Source of the DNA: an uncultured Eubacteriales bacterium
Lineage (GTDB): Bacteria; Bacillota; Clostridia; Christensenellales; UBA1242
Assembly (NCBI GenBank): GCA_948806215.1
Contig: CAQIDI010000003.1
Span: forward strand, 27,948 to 91,947
DNA: 64,000 nt
Direction: 5' to 3'
Below are positions 1-11,900 of this stretch, piece by piece (position 1 is the stretch's first letter; every line of letters begins with the position of its first letter). Both the position numbers and the translations under genes were made by a program. The notes under the pieces were generated by a model that made no database searches, had not been told where the DNA came from, and was given only the letters and a program-made list of their open reading frames with translations.

Positions 1-1007
1 TGAGGACGGTATCCATTAAAGAATGGAGTATGACGACCACCTTCTTCTTTCTTTAATACGTAAACTTCTGCAGTAAATTCTGTATGTGGATGAATTGTAC
101 CTGGTTTAGCAAGAACTTGACCACGTTCAATATCAGTTCTTTGAACACCACGTAGTAATAAACCAACGTTATCACCAGCTTCTGCAAGATCTAGTAATTT
201 ACGGAACATTTCAACACCAGTAATAACTGTTTTTAGTTTTGAATTCATACCAACGATTTCAACTTCGTCGCCAACTTTAACTTGACCACGTTCTACTCTA
301 CCTGTAGCAACTGTTCCACGACCTGTGATTGTGAAAACGTCTTCAACTGGCATTAAGAAAGGTTTATCTGTTTCACGAACAGGTTCTGGAATGTATGAAT
401 CTAGAGCGTCAACTAATTCGTTGATGCATTTGCAAGCAGGATCGTCTGGACGACCAGCTTGAGCAGCTTCAAGAGCTTTTAATGCGCTACCTTTAATAAT
501 TGGGGTATCGTCACCAGGGAAACCGTATTCAGATAATAGATCTCTGATTTCCATTTCAACTAATTCTAATAGTTCAGGATCATCAACTTGGTCGGTTTTG
601 TTCATAAATACAATAATGTATGGAACACCAACTTGTCTAGCAAGTAAGATGTGTTCACGAGTTTGAGGCATAGGACCATCTGTTGCAGCAACAACTAGAA
701 TAGCACCGTCCATTTGTGCAGCACCAGTAATCATATTTTTAACATAGTCTGCGTGTCCTGGGCAGTCAACGTGTGCATAGTGACGTGCATCACTTTGATA
801 TTCTACGTGAGATGTATTAATTGTTATACCTCTAGCTTTTTCTTCTGGAGCCTTGTCAATTTCAGCATAGTTCATTGCAAGCGCTTTACCTTGTGCAGCA
901 AGAACAGATGTGATAGCAGCGGTAAGAGTTGTTTTACCGTGGTCTACGTGTCCGATTGTTCCTACGTTTACGTGTGGTTTTGTTCTTTCATATTTAGCTT
1001 TAGCCAT
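1..1007 (-). CDS. tuf: Elongation factor Tu (C-terminal part cut off by window edge)
   Basis: Not in the ORF track because it runs off the window. The reverse-strand translation from ATG (1007..1005) reads [33 protein letters not shown]...[28 protein letters not shown]...FMNKTDQV. It carries the GHVDHGKT P-loop and the DCPGH and NKTD G-motifs. GGAGG SD lies about 9 nt upstream. Confidence 0.95.
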   Translation of the reverse strand, partial: MAKAKYERTKPHVNVGTIGHVDHGKTTLTAAITSVLAAQGKALAMNYAEIDKAPEEKARGITINTSHVEYQSDARHYAHVDCPGHADYVKNMITGAAQMDGAILVVAATDGPMPQTREHILLARQVGVPYIIVFMNKTDQVDDPELLELVEMEIRDLLSEYGFPGDDTPIIKGSALKALEAAQAGRPDDPACKCINELVDALDSYIPEPVRETDKPFLMPVEDVFTITGRGTVATGRVERGQVKVGDEVEIVGMNSKLKTVITGVEMFRKLLDLAEAGDNVGLLLRGVQRTDIERGQVLAKPGTIHPHTEFTAEVYVLKKEEGGRHTPFFNGYRP

Positions 1008-1044
1008 TATTTATATCCTCCTAAATCTTTTTTATTTTAAATAA

Positions 1045-3123
1045 TTAGCTTTTTTGTTTTTCACCGATTATTTTATCAGCGATATTTTTTGGAACTTCAG
1101 CATAATGTGAGAATTCCATATTAAAAGTACCTCTACCCTGTGTTAATCCTCTTAGGTCGGTTGCATAACCAAACATTTCGCTAAGTGGAATTTGGGCATT
1201 GATAACTTGTAACCCATTGTTAATTTCGGTTCCTTGAACCAAACCGCGACGGCGGTTAATGTTTCCAAGAACGTCTCCTAAATATTCATCAGGCATTTCA
1301 ATTTCAACTTTCATAATTGGTTCAAGTAAAACTGGGTCTGCTTTTCTAGCACCTTCTTTAAATGCCATAGATCCTGCAATTTTAAATGCCATTTCTGATG
1401 AGTCAACATCGTGGTAACTTCCATCATATAATGTGATTTTAAAGTCTACTGTTTCATATCCAGCTAACACACCATTTTGTGAAGCTTCTTTAATACCATT
1501 ATTGATTGGTTCAATATATTCTTTAGGAATAACGCCACCAACAATGTTGTTAACAAATTCGTAACCTTTACCAGGTTCTTGTGGTTCAAGTTTAATACGG
1601 CAGTGACCATATTGACCTTTACCACCAGATTGTTTAATATACTTACCTTCAGCATCCACTGCTTTTCTAATTGTTTCACGGTAAGCAACTTGTGGAGCAC
1701 CAACATTAGCAACAACCTTAAATTCACGAAGTAATCTATCAACGATAATTTCAAGGTGAAGTTCGCCCATACCTGCAATAATTGTTTGACCAGTTTCTTG
1801 ATCGGTATAGGTTTTAAATGAAGGGTCTTCTTCAGCAAGTTTAATAAGCGCTAAAATCATTTTTTCTTGGCTTGCTTTATCTTTTGGTTCGATTGCTACT
1901 CTAATAACTGGATCTGGGAATTCCATTGGGTCAAGAACAATTTGTTTTGATTCGTCACAAAGTGTTTCACCTGTGGTTGTATCCTTTAAACCAACAATAG
2001 CAACAATATCACCAGCATAAGCTGCATCAATTTCTTCACGATCGTTAGCGTTCATTCTAATAAGTCTACCGATTCTTTCACGTTTATGTTTGTTGCTATT
2101 ATAAGCATAAGTTCCTGCTGTAATAGTTCCAGAATAAACACGGAAGAATGTTAATTTACCAACATAAGGGTCGGTCATAATTTTAAATGCTAAACCAGCA
2201 AATGGTTCGGAATCGCTTGGTTTACGATCTTCTTCCAAATCGCTATTTGGCTTTTTACCAACTACGGCTGCAATATCGGTTGGAGCTGGCATATAATCAA
2301 CAATTGCATCTAACAATTTTTGAACGCCTTTATTTCCAAGTGCAGTTCCGCAAGTGGTTGGGAATATGTTCATATTGATTGTACCAATTCTTATTCCCTT
2401 TTTAATATCTGCAACTGATAATTCTTCACCAGAAAAGAATTTTTCTAGTAATGCATCATCTTGTTCTGCAGCTATTTCAATAAGTTCATTTCTATATTTT
2501 TCTGCTTGAGCCTTGTATTCTTCTGGAATATCGATAACTTCCATATCTTTTCCAAGGTCGTCTTTATAAATAATTGCTTTGTTTTCAACTAGGTCAATAA
2601 GTCCTATAAAGGTTTCGCTTGAACCAATTGGTAATTGAATTGGAACAGCATTTGAACCAAGTCTACTTTTAATTTTTTCTACAACGTTGAAGAAATTTGC
2701 ATCAGGACGATCCATTTTGTTAACAAAAACCATTCTTGGAACTTTGTAACGGTCAGCTTGACGCCAAACTTTTTCACTTTGTGGTTGAACGCCTTCACGA
2801 GCACTGAAAACTGCAACAGAACCATCTAGAACTTTTAAACTACGTTCAACTTCGATTGTAAAGTCTACGTGTCCTGGGGTGTCAATAATGTTAATTTGAT
2901 GACCTTTCCAAAAGCAAGTTGTTGCGGCAGATGTTATTGTAATACCGCGTTCTTGTTCTTGAGCCATCCAGTCCATTGTTGCACCACCATCGTGAACTTC
3001 ACCAATTTTGTGAGTTTTTCCGGAGTAAAACAAAATTCTTTCGGTTGTTGTTGTTTTACCAGCATCGATGTGCGCCATAATACCAACGTTTCTATATTTT
3101 TCTATTGGACATTGTCTAGGCAT
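1045..3123 (-). CDS. fusA: Elongation factor G
   Basis: 692-aa ORF with the [18 protein letters not shown]-loop, DTPGHVDF and NKMD motifs. AAGGAA SD upstream. It sits in the canonical rpsL-rpsG-fusA-tuf order. Confidence 0.97.
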   Translation of the reverse strand: MPRQCPIEKYRNVGIMAHIDAGKTTTTERILFYSGKTHKIGEVHDGGATMDWMAQEQERGITITSAATTCFWKGHQINIIDTPGHVDFTIEVERSLKVLDGSVAVFSAREGVQPQSEKVWRQADRYKVPRMVFVNKMDRPDANFFNVVEKIKSRLGSNAVPIQLPIGSSETFIGLIDLVENKAIIYKDDLGKDMEVIDIPEEYKAQAEKYRNELIEIAAEQDDALLEKFFSGEELSVADIKKGIRIGTINMNIFPTTCGTALGNKGVQKLLDAIVDYMPAPTDIAAVVGKKPNSDLEEDRKPSDSEPFAGLAFKIMTDPYVGKLTFFRVYSGTITAGTYAYNSNKHKRERIGRLIRMNANDREEIDAAYAGDIVAIVGLKDTTTGETLCDESKQIVLDPMEFPDPVIRVAIEPKDKASQEKMILALIKLAEEDPSFKTYTDQETGQTIIAGMGELHLEIIVDRLLREFKVVANVGAPQVAYRETIRKAVDAEGKYIKQSGGKGQYGHCRIKLEPQEPGKGYEFVNNIVGGVIPKEYIEPINNGIKEASQNGVLAGYETVDFKITLYDGSYHDVDSSEMAFKIAGSMAFKEGARKADPVLLEPIMKVEIEMPDEYLGDVLGNINRRRGLVQGTEINNGLQVINAQIPLSEMFGYATDLRGLTQGRGTFNMEFSHYAEVPKNIADKIIGEKQKS

Positions 3124-3167
3124 AAATTTATTTTCCTTTATTTTAGTTTAGTTTTTTAAAACTTATC

Positions 3168-3638
3168 TTACCAACGATAATGTGCAAAAGCTTTATTGCT
3201 TTCTGCCATTCTATGAACATCGTCTTTTTTCTTATAAGCTCCACCAGCATTGTTATATGCATCCATAATTTCTGCTGCTAGTTTTTGTTCCATAGTTCTT
3301 TCATTTCTTTTTCTAGAATATGTTACTAGCCATCTAATAGCTAAAGTTTGACGACGAGCAGGGCTAACTTCAATTGGAACTTGATAGTTTGAACCACCAA
3401 CACGACGAGCTTTAGTTTCAAGAATTGGCTTTAAATTTTCTAATGCTTGTTCAAAATATTCGTTTGGTTCTGCACTTGTTTTTTCTTTGATGATATCAAA
3501 TGCGCCATAAACAATATTTTGTGCTATTTCTTTTTTGCCATCCAACATAACTTGGTTAACAAGTTTTGTTACAACTTTGCTATTGTAACGAGGATCTGGC
3601 AAAACATCTCTTTTAGGTGCGCCACCTCTTCTTGGCAT
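3168..3638 (-). CDS. rpsG: 30S ribosomal protein S7
   Basis: 156 aa, MPRRG...DPRYNS...AHYRW, which are typical S7 termini. AGGAG SD. str-operon position. Confidence 0.97.
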   Translation of the reverse strand: MPRRGGAPKRDVLPDPRYNSKVVTKLVNQVMLDGKKEIAQNIVYGAFDIIKEKTSAEPNEYFEQALENLKPILETKARRVGGSNYQVPIEVSPARRQTLAIRWLVTYSRKRNERTMEQKLAAEIMDAYNNAGGAYKKKDDVHRMAESNKAFAHYRW

Positions 3639-3686
3639 GATCTTTCTCCTTATAAATTTTTTTTATGATAACCTAAGTTGTTAGGT

Positions 3687-4058
3687 TTATTTTCCTTTTT
3701 TAGCGCCGTATTTGCTACGACCTTGTTTGCGTTTTGCAACACCAGAAGCATCCAATGTTCCACGAATTACATGGTAACGAACGCCGGGTAAATCTCTAAC
3801 CCTACCACCACGAATTAATACAACACTGTGTTCTTGCAAGTTATGACCTTCACCTGGAATGTAAACAGTTCCTTCTTGGCCATTACTTAACTTAACTCTG
3901 GCAATTTTACGAAGCGCTGAGTTAGGTTTTTTAGGGCTAGTTGTAGTTACTGATAAACAAACGCCACGTTTTTGTGGATTTTGATCAAGTGCTGGAACAG
4001 GTGATTTAACTGTTTTAGTTTTTCTACCTTGCCTTACTAACTGATTGATTGTTGGCAT
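3687..4058 (-). CDS. rpsL: 30S ribosomal protein S12
   Basis: 123 aa, [12 protein letters not shown]...[10 protein letters not shown]...[14 protein letters not shown], a canonical S12. AGGAGG SD. Confidence 0.97.
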   Translation of the reverse strand: MPTINQLVRQGRKTKTVKSPVPALDQNPQKRGVCLSVTTTSPKKPNSALRKIARVKLSNGQEGTVYIPGEGHNLQEHSVVLIRGGRVRDLPGVRYHVIRGTLDASGVAKRKQGRSKYGAKKGK

Positions 4059-4292
4059 CTTATTCCTCCTAATTAGTTTTAAACGAGCAAAACTAACTCA
4101 ACCCAAGTTGTTTCACTCCAACGGTATCCCACCTAGCACTTAAAAATTTAGCAAAATTTAAAAGTTATTATAATACGGTGGGCTTCAAAATTAATTTTTT
4201 CACACCAAAAAATTAATTTTGTGCTTTAAGTTATTTCTAATTTTAAGCACAAAAAAAGAACATAACTTTAAGCATACTATAATACGCTATTA

Positions 4293-4321
4293 ATATTAGC
4301 ATTATATATTATAATTGTCAA
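4293..4321 (-). promoter_or_regulatory. sigmaA-type promoter for the rpsL-rpsG-fusA-tuf operon
   Basis: Minus strand reads TTGACA (4321..4316), a 17-nt spacer, then TAATAT (4298..4293). This implies a 5' leader of about 230 nt before the rpsL ATG. Confidence 0.55.
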
Positions 4322-4323
4322 TG

Positions 4324-4359
4324 AAAAAAGCACTTTTTTTAAAGGTAAAAAAGTACTTT
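4324..4359 (-). terminator. Rho-independent terminator after the HicB-like gene
   Basis: Minus-strand RNA is AAAGUACUUUUUU-ACCUUUA-AAAAAAGUGCUUU followed by U's. The stem is 13 bp with one G.U pair and is A/U rich. Confidence 0.5.
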
Positions 4360-4379
4360 ATTTTTATATTTTTTTAAGT

Positions 4380-4658
4380 TTAAATTGCTCTATTTTTATC
4401 GTTTAATTTGCTTTCAACTAAAACAACCATATTTTTTGGATACATATCTATCATTTGTTCAAAATCGGTAGCTTCAGGAATTTCGATTTCGTAGCTAAAT
4501 GCTGTTTCAAGATACTTATTTAAATAAGCTTGAGCGGTATTTACTGCTTCTTCAACAGTTTTACCTTCTGCAAAAACTTCGATATCAAACATAGCTATTG
4601 TATATTGTTTTTCGGTTTTATCATAAAACAAAACTGCAGGATAAACAAACTTTTTCAT
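4380..4658 (-). CDS. HicB-like (antitoxin-fold, UPF0150-type) small protein, orphan
   Basis: 92 aa. The pattern YPAVLFYDKTEKQYTIAMFDIEVFAEGKTVEEAVNTAQAYLNKYLE...EIPEATD...VVLVE matches the HicB_lk_antitox N-domain layout (YPA-beta-beta-G-T-EEA-helix-iP). GGAG SD. It has its own promoter and terminator. No HicA-like partner is present. Confidence 0.6.
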   Translation of the reverse strand: MKKFVYPAVLFYDKTEKQYTIAMFDIEVFAEGKTVEEAVNTAQAYLNKYLETAFSYEIEIPEATDFEQMIDMYPKNMVVLVESKLNDKNRAI

Positions 4659-4686
4659 ATATACTCCAAATGTTTTCTACTTTTTA

Positions 4687-4715
4687 ATTTTATCATATGC
4701 AAAACTAAATGTAAA
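4687..4715 (-). promoter_or_regulatory. sigmaA-type promoter for the HicB-like gene
   Basis: Minus strand reads TTTACA (4715..4710), a 17-nt spacer, then TGaTAAAAT as an extended -10 (TAAAAT at 4692..4687). Confidence 0.45.
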
Positions 4716-4772
4716 ATATTTGTAATATTTTTTTATTTTTATAAAAAATTAATTAAAACCCCGATATTTAAA

Positions 4773-4799
4773 CAAAAAAAGAAACCATTATTGGTTTCT
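4773..4799 (-). terminator. Rho-independent terminator after the 91-aa ORF
   Basis: Minus-strand RNA is AGAAACCA-AUAA-UGGUUUCU followed by a U7 run. Confidence 0.7.
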
Positions 4800-4808
4800 A
4801 GTGTGTTT

Positions 4809-5084
4809 TTATTTTCTAGTTTTTGTTGGCGCAGCTACAGAACTAGCATTTAAAGCATCTATTTGATGGTTAATATTTTCTCTCATTTTTGCTGTTGCTA
4901 ATTTTCTTGCTTCAAAATCAGCTTGTGCAGCTTCACAAAACTGTTTCATTTTAGGATCTTCAATAATTTGAACTATTTTACCTGCCCTAACAACAAAACT
5001 AACATTATTCTTAATACCATATTCTTCAAGTTGTTTTGGGGTTTGACTTTCAAATTTACTAAAATCTTCAACTAATTTGCTCAT
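4809..5084 (-). CDS. Hypothetical small cytoplasmic protein (91 aa)
   Basis: The ORF has a GAGGA SD 6-7 nt upstream of the ATG, tandem promoters upstream and a clean terminator downstream. I recognise no family for it. Confidence 0.65.
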   Translation of the reverse strand: MSKLVEDFSKFESQTPKQLEEYGIKNNVSFVVRAGKIVQIIEDPKMKQFCEAAQADFEARKLATAKMRENINHQIDALNASSVAAPTKTRK

Positions 5085-5145
5085 AATATTTCCTCACTTA
5101 AATTAAATAACTTAATTTTTATGTTTCCTTTTTCATTACATCAAT

Positions 5146-5173
5146 ATTTTATCATATATATTTAAAATGTCAA
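5146..5173 (-). promoter_or_regulatory. Proximal sigmaA-type promoter upstream of the 91-aa ORF
   Basis: Minus strand reads TTGACA (5173..5168), a 16-nt spacer, then TGaTAAAAT (TAAAAT at 5151..5146). Confidence 0.5.
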
Positions 5174-5236
5174 TACCATAAATTTTAAAAAATTATAAAA
5201 TTTATTTAATTTATATCACTTAAAATTTACATTTAT

Positions 5237-5265
5237 ATTATAGCATTATTTTAGCCTTATGTCAA
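5237..5265 (-). promoter_or_regulatory. Distal consensus sigmaA promoter upstream of the 91-aa ORF
   Basis: Minus strand reads TTGACA (5265..5260), a 17-nt spacer, then TATAAT (5242..5237). Both hexamers are perfect consensus. Confidence 0.55.
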
Positions 5266-5313
5266 TACCCGAATTTTGCCTTTATTAAGCAAATTATTTT
5301 AAATAAATAATAT

Positions 5314-5346
5314 AAAAAATGTTCACAAAAATTGTGAACATTTTTA
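5314..5346 (-). terminator. Rho-independent terminator after rpoC
   Basis: AAAAAUGUUCACAA-UUU-UUGUGAACAUUUUU, a 14-bp stem plus U run, lying 7 nt after the rpoC stop. Confidence 0.8.
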
Positions 5347-5352
5347 ATCAAA

Positions 5353-8300
5353 TTAAATTAACTCGTTAGAATCGTTTTCTTCAAAGAATTTTTTAACGCT
5401 TTCATCAACTTCGTTGTTTTCTTCTATTTTGCTAACTGTATCAACAGCCTTAACATCTTTAAAGGTTCTATAGCCAGTTCCTGCCGGAATTGGTTTACCA
5501 ATCATAAGATTTTCTTTCAAACCTACCAAGTTATCAACCTTACCTTTAATAGAAGCATCGGTTAACACTTTTGATGTTTCTTGGAAGGAAGCAGCACTCA
5601 AGAAACTTTCGCAGCTTAATGCAGCTTTTGTAATTCCTTGAACTAAGCGTTTAGCTGTTGCAGGAACTCCGCCTTCACGAAGCACTCTTTCGTTTTCGGC
5701 TTCGTATTTAAACACATCAACAATATCGCCTGCAAGAAGGTTTGTATCGCCAACTTCTTCAATTTTAACATTGCGTAGCATTTGACGAATGATAATTTCA
5801 ACGTGTTTAGTGTTAATTTTAACACCTTGTGAAGAATAGGTTGCTAAAATTTCTCTTAAAATATAATCTTCAACATCTCTAACGCCGCGTGTGCGTAAGA
5901 AATCTTTAGGATAAATTGAACCTTCGGTTAAAACTGTTCCGGCTTCAACATTATCGCCATTTTTAACTTTTAGCACAACGCCAAATGGAATAATATAATG
6001 TCCATCACCTTCTGGGTTTTTAACAAATAATTCGTAATATTTACCGCCATCTTTACCAGCAGATTGAACTTCTTTAACAACAACCTTACCAGCAACTTCT
6101 GCAACAGTAGCAACACCCTTTGGTTTTCTTGCTTCAAATAGTTCGGCAACACGAGGCAAACCTTGTGTAATATCGGCAGCATTCGCAACACCACCAGTAT
6201 GGAAGGTTCTCATAGTAAGCTGTGTACCTGGTTCACCGATACTTTGAGCAGCAATAATACCAACTGCTTCACCAATAGGAATAATTTCGTTATTACTCAT
6301 ATTCTTACCATAGCATTTTGCACAAACGCCGTGTTTAGAACGACAAGTTAAAACTGTTCTAATGTTAACACTAGTAATTCCGCAAGCTTCTATTTCATCG
6401 GCTTGAGCTGAACTAATCATAGTGTTAGCAGGAACAATGGTTTTCTTGGTTTTTGGATTAATAACATCTTCAACACTAAATCTGCCAACAATACGTTGTT
6501 TTAAACTACTAACCGGAGTTCCATCTTTAGTAATAGCAGAAACTGCCATACCTTTAACTTTTTCTCCATTAGATTCAAAACAGTCATCTTCGGTAATAAC
6601 AACATCTTGAGCAACGTCAACTAAACGACGAGTTAAGTAACCAGAGTCGGCAGTTTTTAAAACTTTATCTGCCAAACCTTTACGACCACCACGAGAACTT
6701 AAGAAATACTCAATTGGTGTTAAACCTAAACGGAAGTTAGATTTAACTGGAATATCAACCTTTCTACCGGAAGTATTAGCCATAATACCACGCATACCGC
6801 AAAGCTGTAAAATTTGTCCAGCATTACCACGCGCACCAGAGTTAGCCATCATTCTAACTGGATTTTTAACATCCATTTTGTTTAGAACAATGCCTTCTAA
6901 TTGTTTTGTTGCATCTTTCCAAAGTTTAATATTTTTCTCTAATTTTTCATCTTCTGTAATAAATCCACGTTTAAAGAACTTATTGTTTTCTGCAACTTTT
7001 TGTTCAACTTCTTTAACTAATTCATCTTTTTCGGTTGGAATTTCCATATCAAACACGTTAATGGTAATAGCACCAAGTGTGGAATATTTATATCCGATTT
7101 CTTTTACATTATCTAGCATTTTAACAGTTTCAGTTGTTCCAAGGCTGTTAAAACATTTTTGAATAATTTGGTCTAATCCTTTTTTGCCAACTAAGAAATC
7201 AATTTCGTAGTTTAAGAAAGTATCAGCATTTGTTCTATCAACAAAGCCCATATTTTGTGGAACTGCACGGTTAAATATAATTTTACCAACAGTTGTTTTT
7301 ACTCTTGCAGTAATGGTTTTTCCATTAATAACACCAGTTTTTCTAACATAAATTGGTGCTTGAATATCAACAACATTAGTTTGATAAGCCATAATAGCTT
7401 CATCTTCAGAAATAAAACTTTTTCCATTACCTAAAGCATTTTCGGTTTCCAAAGTTAAGTAATAAGAACCTAAAACCATATCTTGTGTAGGAGTTAAAAT
7501 TGGATCTCCAGTAGCAGGTTTTAAAACGTTATTAGAACTTAACATTAAAATTCTTGCTTCTGCAATAGCTTCTGGGCCAAGAGGTACGTGAACACTCATT
7601 TGGTCACCGTCGAAGTCGGCGTTAAAGCCACCGCACACTAAAGGATGAAGTCTTATTGCTCTACCTTCAATTAGCACAGGTTCGAAAGCTTGAATAGATA
7701 ATCTGTGAAGTGATGGAGCACGGTTTAACATAACTGGATGCTCTTTAATAACTTCTTCCAAAATATCCCAAACCACAGGTTTTTGTTTTTCGATTAATCT
7801 TTTTGCAGATTTAAAGTTAAGGCTTAAATTTCTTTCAACAAGTTTGTGCATAATAAATGGTTTAAATAATTCTAAAGCCATTTCTTTAGGCAAACCACAT
7901 TGATAAATTTTAAGTTCTGGACCAACAACGATAACTGAACGACCGGAATAATCCACACGTTTTCCAAGTAAGTTTTGACGGAATCTACCTTGCTTACCTT
8001 TTAAACTTTGAGTTAAAGATTTTAATTCTCTTTGTTTTGGTCCTTGAACAGCCTTGCCACTTTTACCATTTTCAATTAAAGCATCAACTGCTTCTTGAAG
8101 CATACGCTTTTCGTTACGAATAATAACTTCTGGAGCGCCAATACTCATAAATTTCTTTAATCTGTTATTACGGTTAATAATTCTACGATACAAATCGTTA
8201 ATATCACTAGTAGCAAATCTACCGCCATCTAATTGAATCATAGGACGCAAATCAGGTGGGATAACCGGTAACACATTTAACACCATCCATTCTGGACGAT

Positions 8301-8964
8301 TACCACTTTTTAAAAGTGAATCAACAACTTCTAAGCGTTTGTTAATTTTAATTTTTTTCTGACCTTTAGCAGTTAAACTTGCTTTGCTAAGTTCTTTTTG
8401 CTCTTTTTCAAGGTCGATTTCGCAAAGCAATTCTCTAATCGCTTCGCCACCCATACCAACACGGCAACAATCGTAGCCGTAGTGTTCTTGAGCTTCACGA
8501 TATTCAGCATCGGAAATAATTTGGAATTTTGTAAAGTTTGTTTTGCCTGGATCTATAACAACATAAGAAACATAGTAAATAACTTTTTCTAATTGCTTTG
8601 TGTTAAGATTTAATAATATTCCAATACGACTTGGGATGCTGCGCATATACCAAATATGTGCAACTGGTGTTGCAAGTTGAATGTGCCCCATACGTTCACG
8701 GCGAACGCTACTTTTTGTTACTTCAACTCCGCACTTATCACAAATAACACCTTTGTGGCGAATACGTTTGTATTTACCACAATGGCATTCCCAATTTTTC
8801 TTTGGTCCAAAAATGCGTTCGCAAAGAAGTCCACCCATTTCTGGTTTGTGAGTACGATAGTTAATTGTTTCTGATTTGGTAACTTCTCCATAACTCCATT
8901 CTAGAATTTTTTCTGGAGAAGCAATACCAATTTTCATTGAGGCTAAATTGTTTAATTCAAACAT
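5353..8964 (-). CDS. rpoC: DNA-directed RNA polymerase subunit beta'
   Basis: 1203 aa with the N-terminal Zn-finger [23 protein letters not shown] and the catalytic NADFDGDQM motif. AGGAG SD overlaps the rpoB 3' end. Confidence 0.97.
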   Translation of the reverse strand: MFELNNLASMKIGIASPEKILEWSYGEVTKSETINYRTHKPEMGGLLCERIFGPKKNWECHCGKYKRIRHKGVICDKCGVEVTKSSVRRERMGHIQLATPVAHIWYMRSIPSRIGILLNLNTKQLEKVIYYVSYVVIDPGKTNFTKFQIISDAEYREAQEHYGYDCCRVGMGGEAIRELLCEIDLEKEQKELSKASLTAKGQKKIKINKRLEVVDSLLKSGNRPEWMVLNVLPVIPPDLRPMIQLDGGRFATSDINDLYRRIINRNNRLKKFMSIGAPEVIIRNEKRMLQEAVDALIENGKSGKAVQGPKQRELKSLTQSLKGKQGRFRQNLLGKRVDYSGRSVIVVGPELKIYQCGLPKEMALELFKPFIMHKLVERNLSLNFKSAKRLIEKQKPVVWDILEEVIKEHPVMLNRAPSLHRLSIQAFEPVLIEGRAIRLHPLVCGGFNADFDGDQMSVHVPLGPEAIAEARILMLSSNNVLKPATGDPILTPTQDMVLGSYYLTLETENALGNGKSFISEDEAIMAYQTNVVDIQAPIYVRKTGVINGKTITARVKTTVGKIIFNRAVPQNMGFVDRTNADTFLNYEIDFLVGKKGLDQIIQKCFNSLGTTETVKMLDNVKEIGYKYSTLGAITINVFDMEIPTEKDELVKEVEQKVAENNKFFKRGFITEDEKLEKNIKLWKDATKQLEGIVLNKMDVKNPVRMMANSGARGNAGQILQLCGMRGIMANTSGRKVDIPVKSNFRLGLTPIEYFLSSRGGRKGLADKVLKTADSGYLTRRLVDVAQDVVITEDDCFESNGEKVKGMAVSAITKDGTPVSSLKQRIVGRFSVEDVINPKTKKTIVPANTMISSAQADEIEACGITSVNIRTVLTCRSKHGVCAKCYGKNMSNNEIIPIGEAVGIIAAQSIGEPGTQLTMRTFHTGGVANAADITQGLPRVAELFEARKPKGVATVAEVAGKVVVKEVQSAGKDGGKYYELFVKNPEGDGHYIIPFGVVLKVKNGDNVEAGTVLTEGSIYPKDFLRTRGVRDVEDYILREILATYSSQGVKINTKHVEIIIRQMLRNVKIEEVGDTNLLAGDIVDVFKYEAENERVLREGGVPATAKRLVQGITKAALSCESFLSAASFQETSKVLTDASIKGKVDNLVGLKENLMIGKPIPAGTGYRTFKDVKAVDTVSKIEENNEVDESVKKFFEENDSNELI

Positions 8965-8974
8965 AATTTATCTC

Positions 8975-11900
8975 CTATTCTTCATCATCATCGCCAAAAT
9001 CGTCAAATAAAGCCGATTCATCGAAAATATTATCAATGTCATCTTCAAGATCTAATTCTGTTGGTTCTGTGTTTTCGTTATCACCAAATTCTAACTCAAT
9101 ATCAGTTTGAGTTTCTCTTGGTTTTGTTACTTCACTAAATGATTCGGTGTTATCGCCATTTAGATCAGATAAGTTAAATTCTTTATTTGTATCAGTAAGC
9201 AATCTAATATCTAAGCATAAGCCTTGAAGTTCTTTAATTAAAACTTTAAATGCTTCAGGAACTGATGGTTCAGGAAGTGGTAATCCCTCAACAATAGCTT
9301 TATAGGTGTTATATCTTCCTTCAATATCATCGGATTTAACTGTTAACATTTCTTGTAATAATTTGCTTGCGCCATAAGCTTCAAGAGCCCAAACTTCCAT
9401 TTCACCAAAACGTTGTCCACCAAACATTGCTTTACCACCAAGAGGTTGTTGAGTAACATAAGCATAAGGACCAGTTGAACGAGCGTGCATTTTGTCGTTA
9501 ACCATATGTTCTAGTTTAATGTAATACATATATCCAACAGTAACTGGGTTTGCAAAAGGTTCACCTGTTCTACCATCGTATAATTGAATTTTTCCGTTTT
9601 CAGGGAAATTGTTTTCTTTTAATAATTCGCGAATGTCGCTTTCTTTAACACCATCAAATGCAGGTGTTGCAATGTTAATACCTAACGCTTTAGCAACTAA
9701 ACCTAAGTGAACTTCCAAAACTTGTCCAACGTTCGTACGAGATGGAATACCAAGCGGGTTTAACACAATGTCAATAGGTTGTCCGTTTGCCATGAATGGC
9801 ATATCTTCAACAGGTAAAATTCTAGAAACTATACCTTTGTTACCGTGGCGTCCTGCCATTTTATCACCAACGCTGATTTTACGTTTTTCAGCAATGGTAA
9901 CTCTTACTAATTGGTTAACGCCAGTTTCAAGGTCGTCTTTATTCTTTCTGCTAAACACTTGAACATCAACAACAACACCATTAATTCCGTGTGGAACGCG
10001 AAGTGATGTATCTTTAACATCTCTTGCTTTTTCACCGAAAATAGCACGAAGTAGGCGTTCTTCAGGAGTAGGTTCGGTTTCACCCTTAGGTGTTACTTTA
10101 CCAACTAATATATCCCCAGGTTTAACTTCTGCGCCAACCATAATAATACCATTTTCGTCCAAATTCTTAAGTGCATCTTCACCAAGGTTTGGAATATCTC
10201 TGGTAATTTCTTCGTCGCCAAGTTTTGTGCTTCTAGCTTTAACTTCTTCTTCTTTTAAGTTGATTGATGTGTAAACATCTTCTTTAACTAATCTTTCGCT
10301 AAGTAAAATAGCATCTTCATAGTTATAACCTTCCCAGTTCATAAAGGCAATTAACATATTTTTACCAAGTGCCATTTCGCCGTTTTTAGTGCTATAACCA
10401 TCAGCAATAGTTTCGCCTTTTTTAACTTTTTGTCCAGTTTTAACAATTGGTTTTTGGTTTACGCAACTTTCTTGGTTTGTTTTGCTAAATTTAATAAGGT
10501 CATATTTATCAACATCGCCTTTTTCTGTTAAGATTTCAATGTGAGTTGCATCGGAACTTGTAACTGTTCCTGCATTTTCTGCAACAATAATTGCACCATT
10601 ATCTAATGCAACACGATGTTCAAGCCCTGTTGCAATCATTGGAGTTTCGGTTGTGATTAGAGGAACTGCTTGGCGTTGCATATTTGAACCCATTAGGGCA
10701 CGCGCAGTATCGTCGTTTTCTAGGAACGGAATACAAGCAGTTGGAACAGATACTAGTTGTTTAGGGCTTACGTCCATATAATCAACCATATCTTTAGAAA
10801 CTTCTAAAACTGTATCGAAATATCTACAAACAATATGTTCGTTTTTAAAGCTACCATCTTCGTTTAAAGGTTCAATAGCTTGTGCTATGTAATGGTTTTC
10901 ATCTTCATCAGCCATTAAATAAGCAACATCGTTTGTAACTACTCCTTTTTCTTTATCAATAATTCTATAAGGAGTTTCAATAAAACCGTATTCATTAACT
11001 CTAGCATAGGTTGCCAAACTGTTAATTAAACCAATGTTTCCACCTTCTGGTGTTTCAATAACGCAAATACGTCCATAATGGCTGTGGTGAATATCACGCA
11101 CTTCATCGGTTGCACGGTCTTTTTTAATACCACCAGGGCCAACTGCAGATAGTCTGCGTTTTTGTGCCAAAGAACTTAGTGGATTCATTTGATCCATTAA
11201 TTGGCTTAATTGGTGGCTTGCTAAAAAGTCTTTAAATGCACGATTAATTGGTCTTGCATTAACAACTTGACTAGGGGTGATATCTGTTAAGTCGTGACTT
11301 TGCAAGGTTTCTTTAACTGCATTTGTTAATTTATTCATACCGCTTCTAAACGAGTCTTGAAGTAACTCGCCTGCACCTTTAATTCTGCGGTTGCATAGGT
11401 GGTCAACAACATCAATATCGCCAATTCCGGCATTTAAATCTAAGAAATAACTAACACTCGCTAAAATGTCATCCATAAATAAGGTTTGACCAACAAGATC
11501 TTTAGCATTTTCTTTAATAGCTTCCAATTTTTCTTCTTTTGTTTTAAGGTCACTAATAAGTTCCATTAAGGTTGGATAGTGAACCATTTCATTAACGCCA
11601 AGTTCGCGTTCGTTGCATTTAATAACATCGCTAAGTTTAACACGATTGTTACCAACCATTTTATGTGGTTTTCCATCAATTGCAACAACAACTTCGTTAA
11701 TTCCATTTTGTTGAATTGCTCTAGCTTGCTCTGGGGTGATAACTTCGCCAGCTTTAACAATTACATCTTTTTTAAGTTTAACATCTTCATAAGCAGTTAA
11801 ACCTGTTACACGAGTTGCTAAACACAATTTTTTATCAATTTTAAATCTTCCAACTCTACCCAAGTTATAATATTGAGTGCTAAAGAATTGGCTAAATATA

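Noticed and set aside
714-1040. 108-aa plus-strand ORF
   Set aside because: It lies entirely antisense to the unmistakable tuf coding sequence. It has no SD, and its Cys/Phe-rich translation is typical of an antisense artefact.
1464-1838. 124-aa minus-strand ORF nested in fusA. Similar nested ORFs occur at 5643..5825 and 5970..6194 in rpoC, 11566..11760 in rpoB, 15418..15690 in giant 1 and 43785..43973 in giant 2.
   Set aside because: These are alternative-frame ORFs inside strongly supported genes. They are explained by AT-rich codon composition and have no independent signals.
8975-9200. Acidic C-terminal extension of RpoB (…DLEDDIDNIFDESALFDDFGDDDEE)
   Set aside because: Comparable acidic tails occur in RpoB of other Bacillota, including B. 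subtilis, so it is not clearly unusual.
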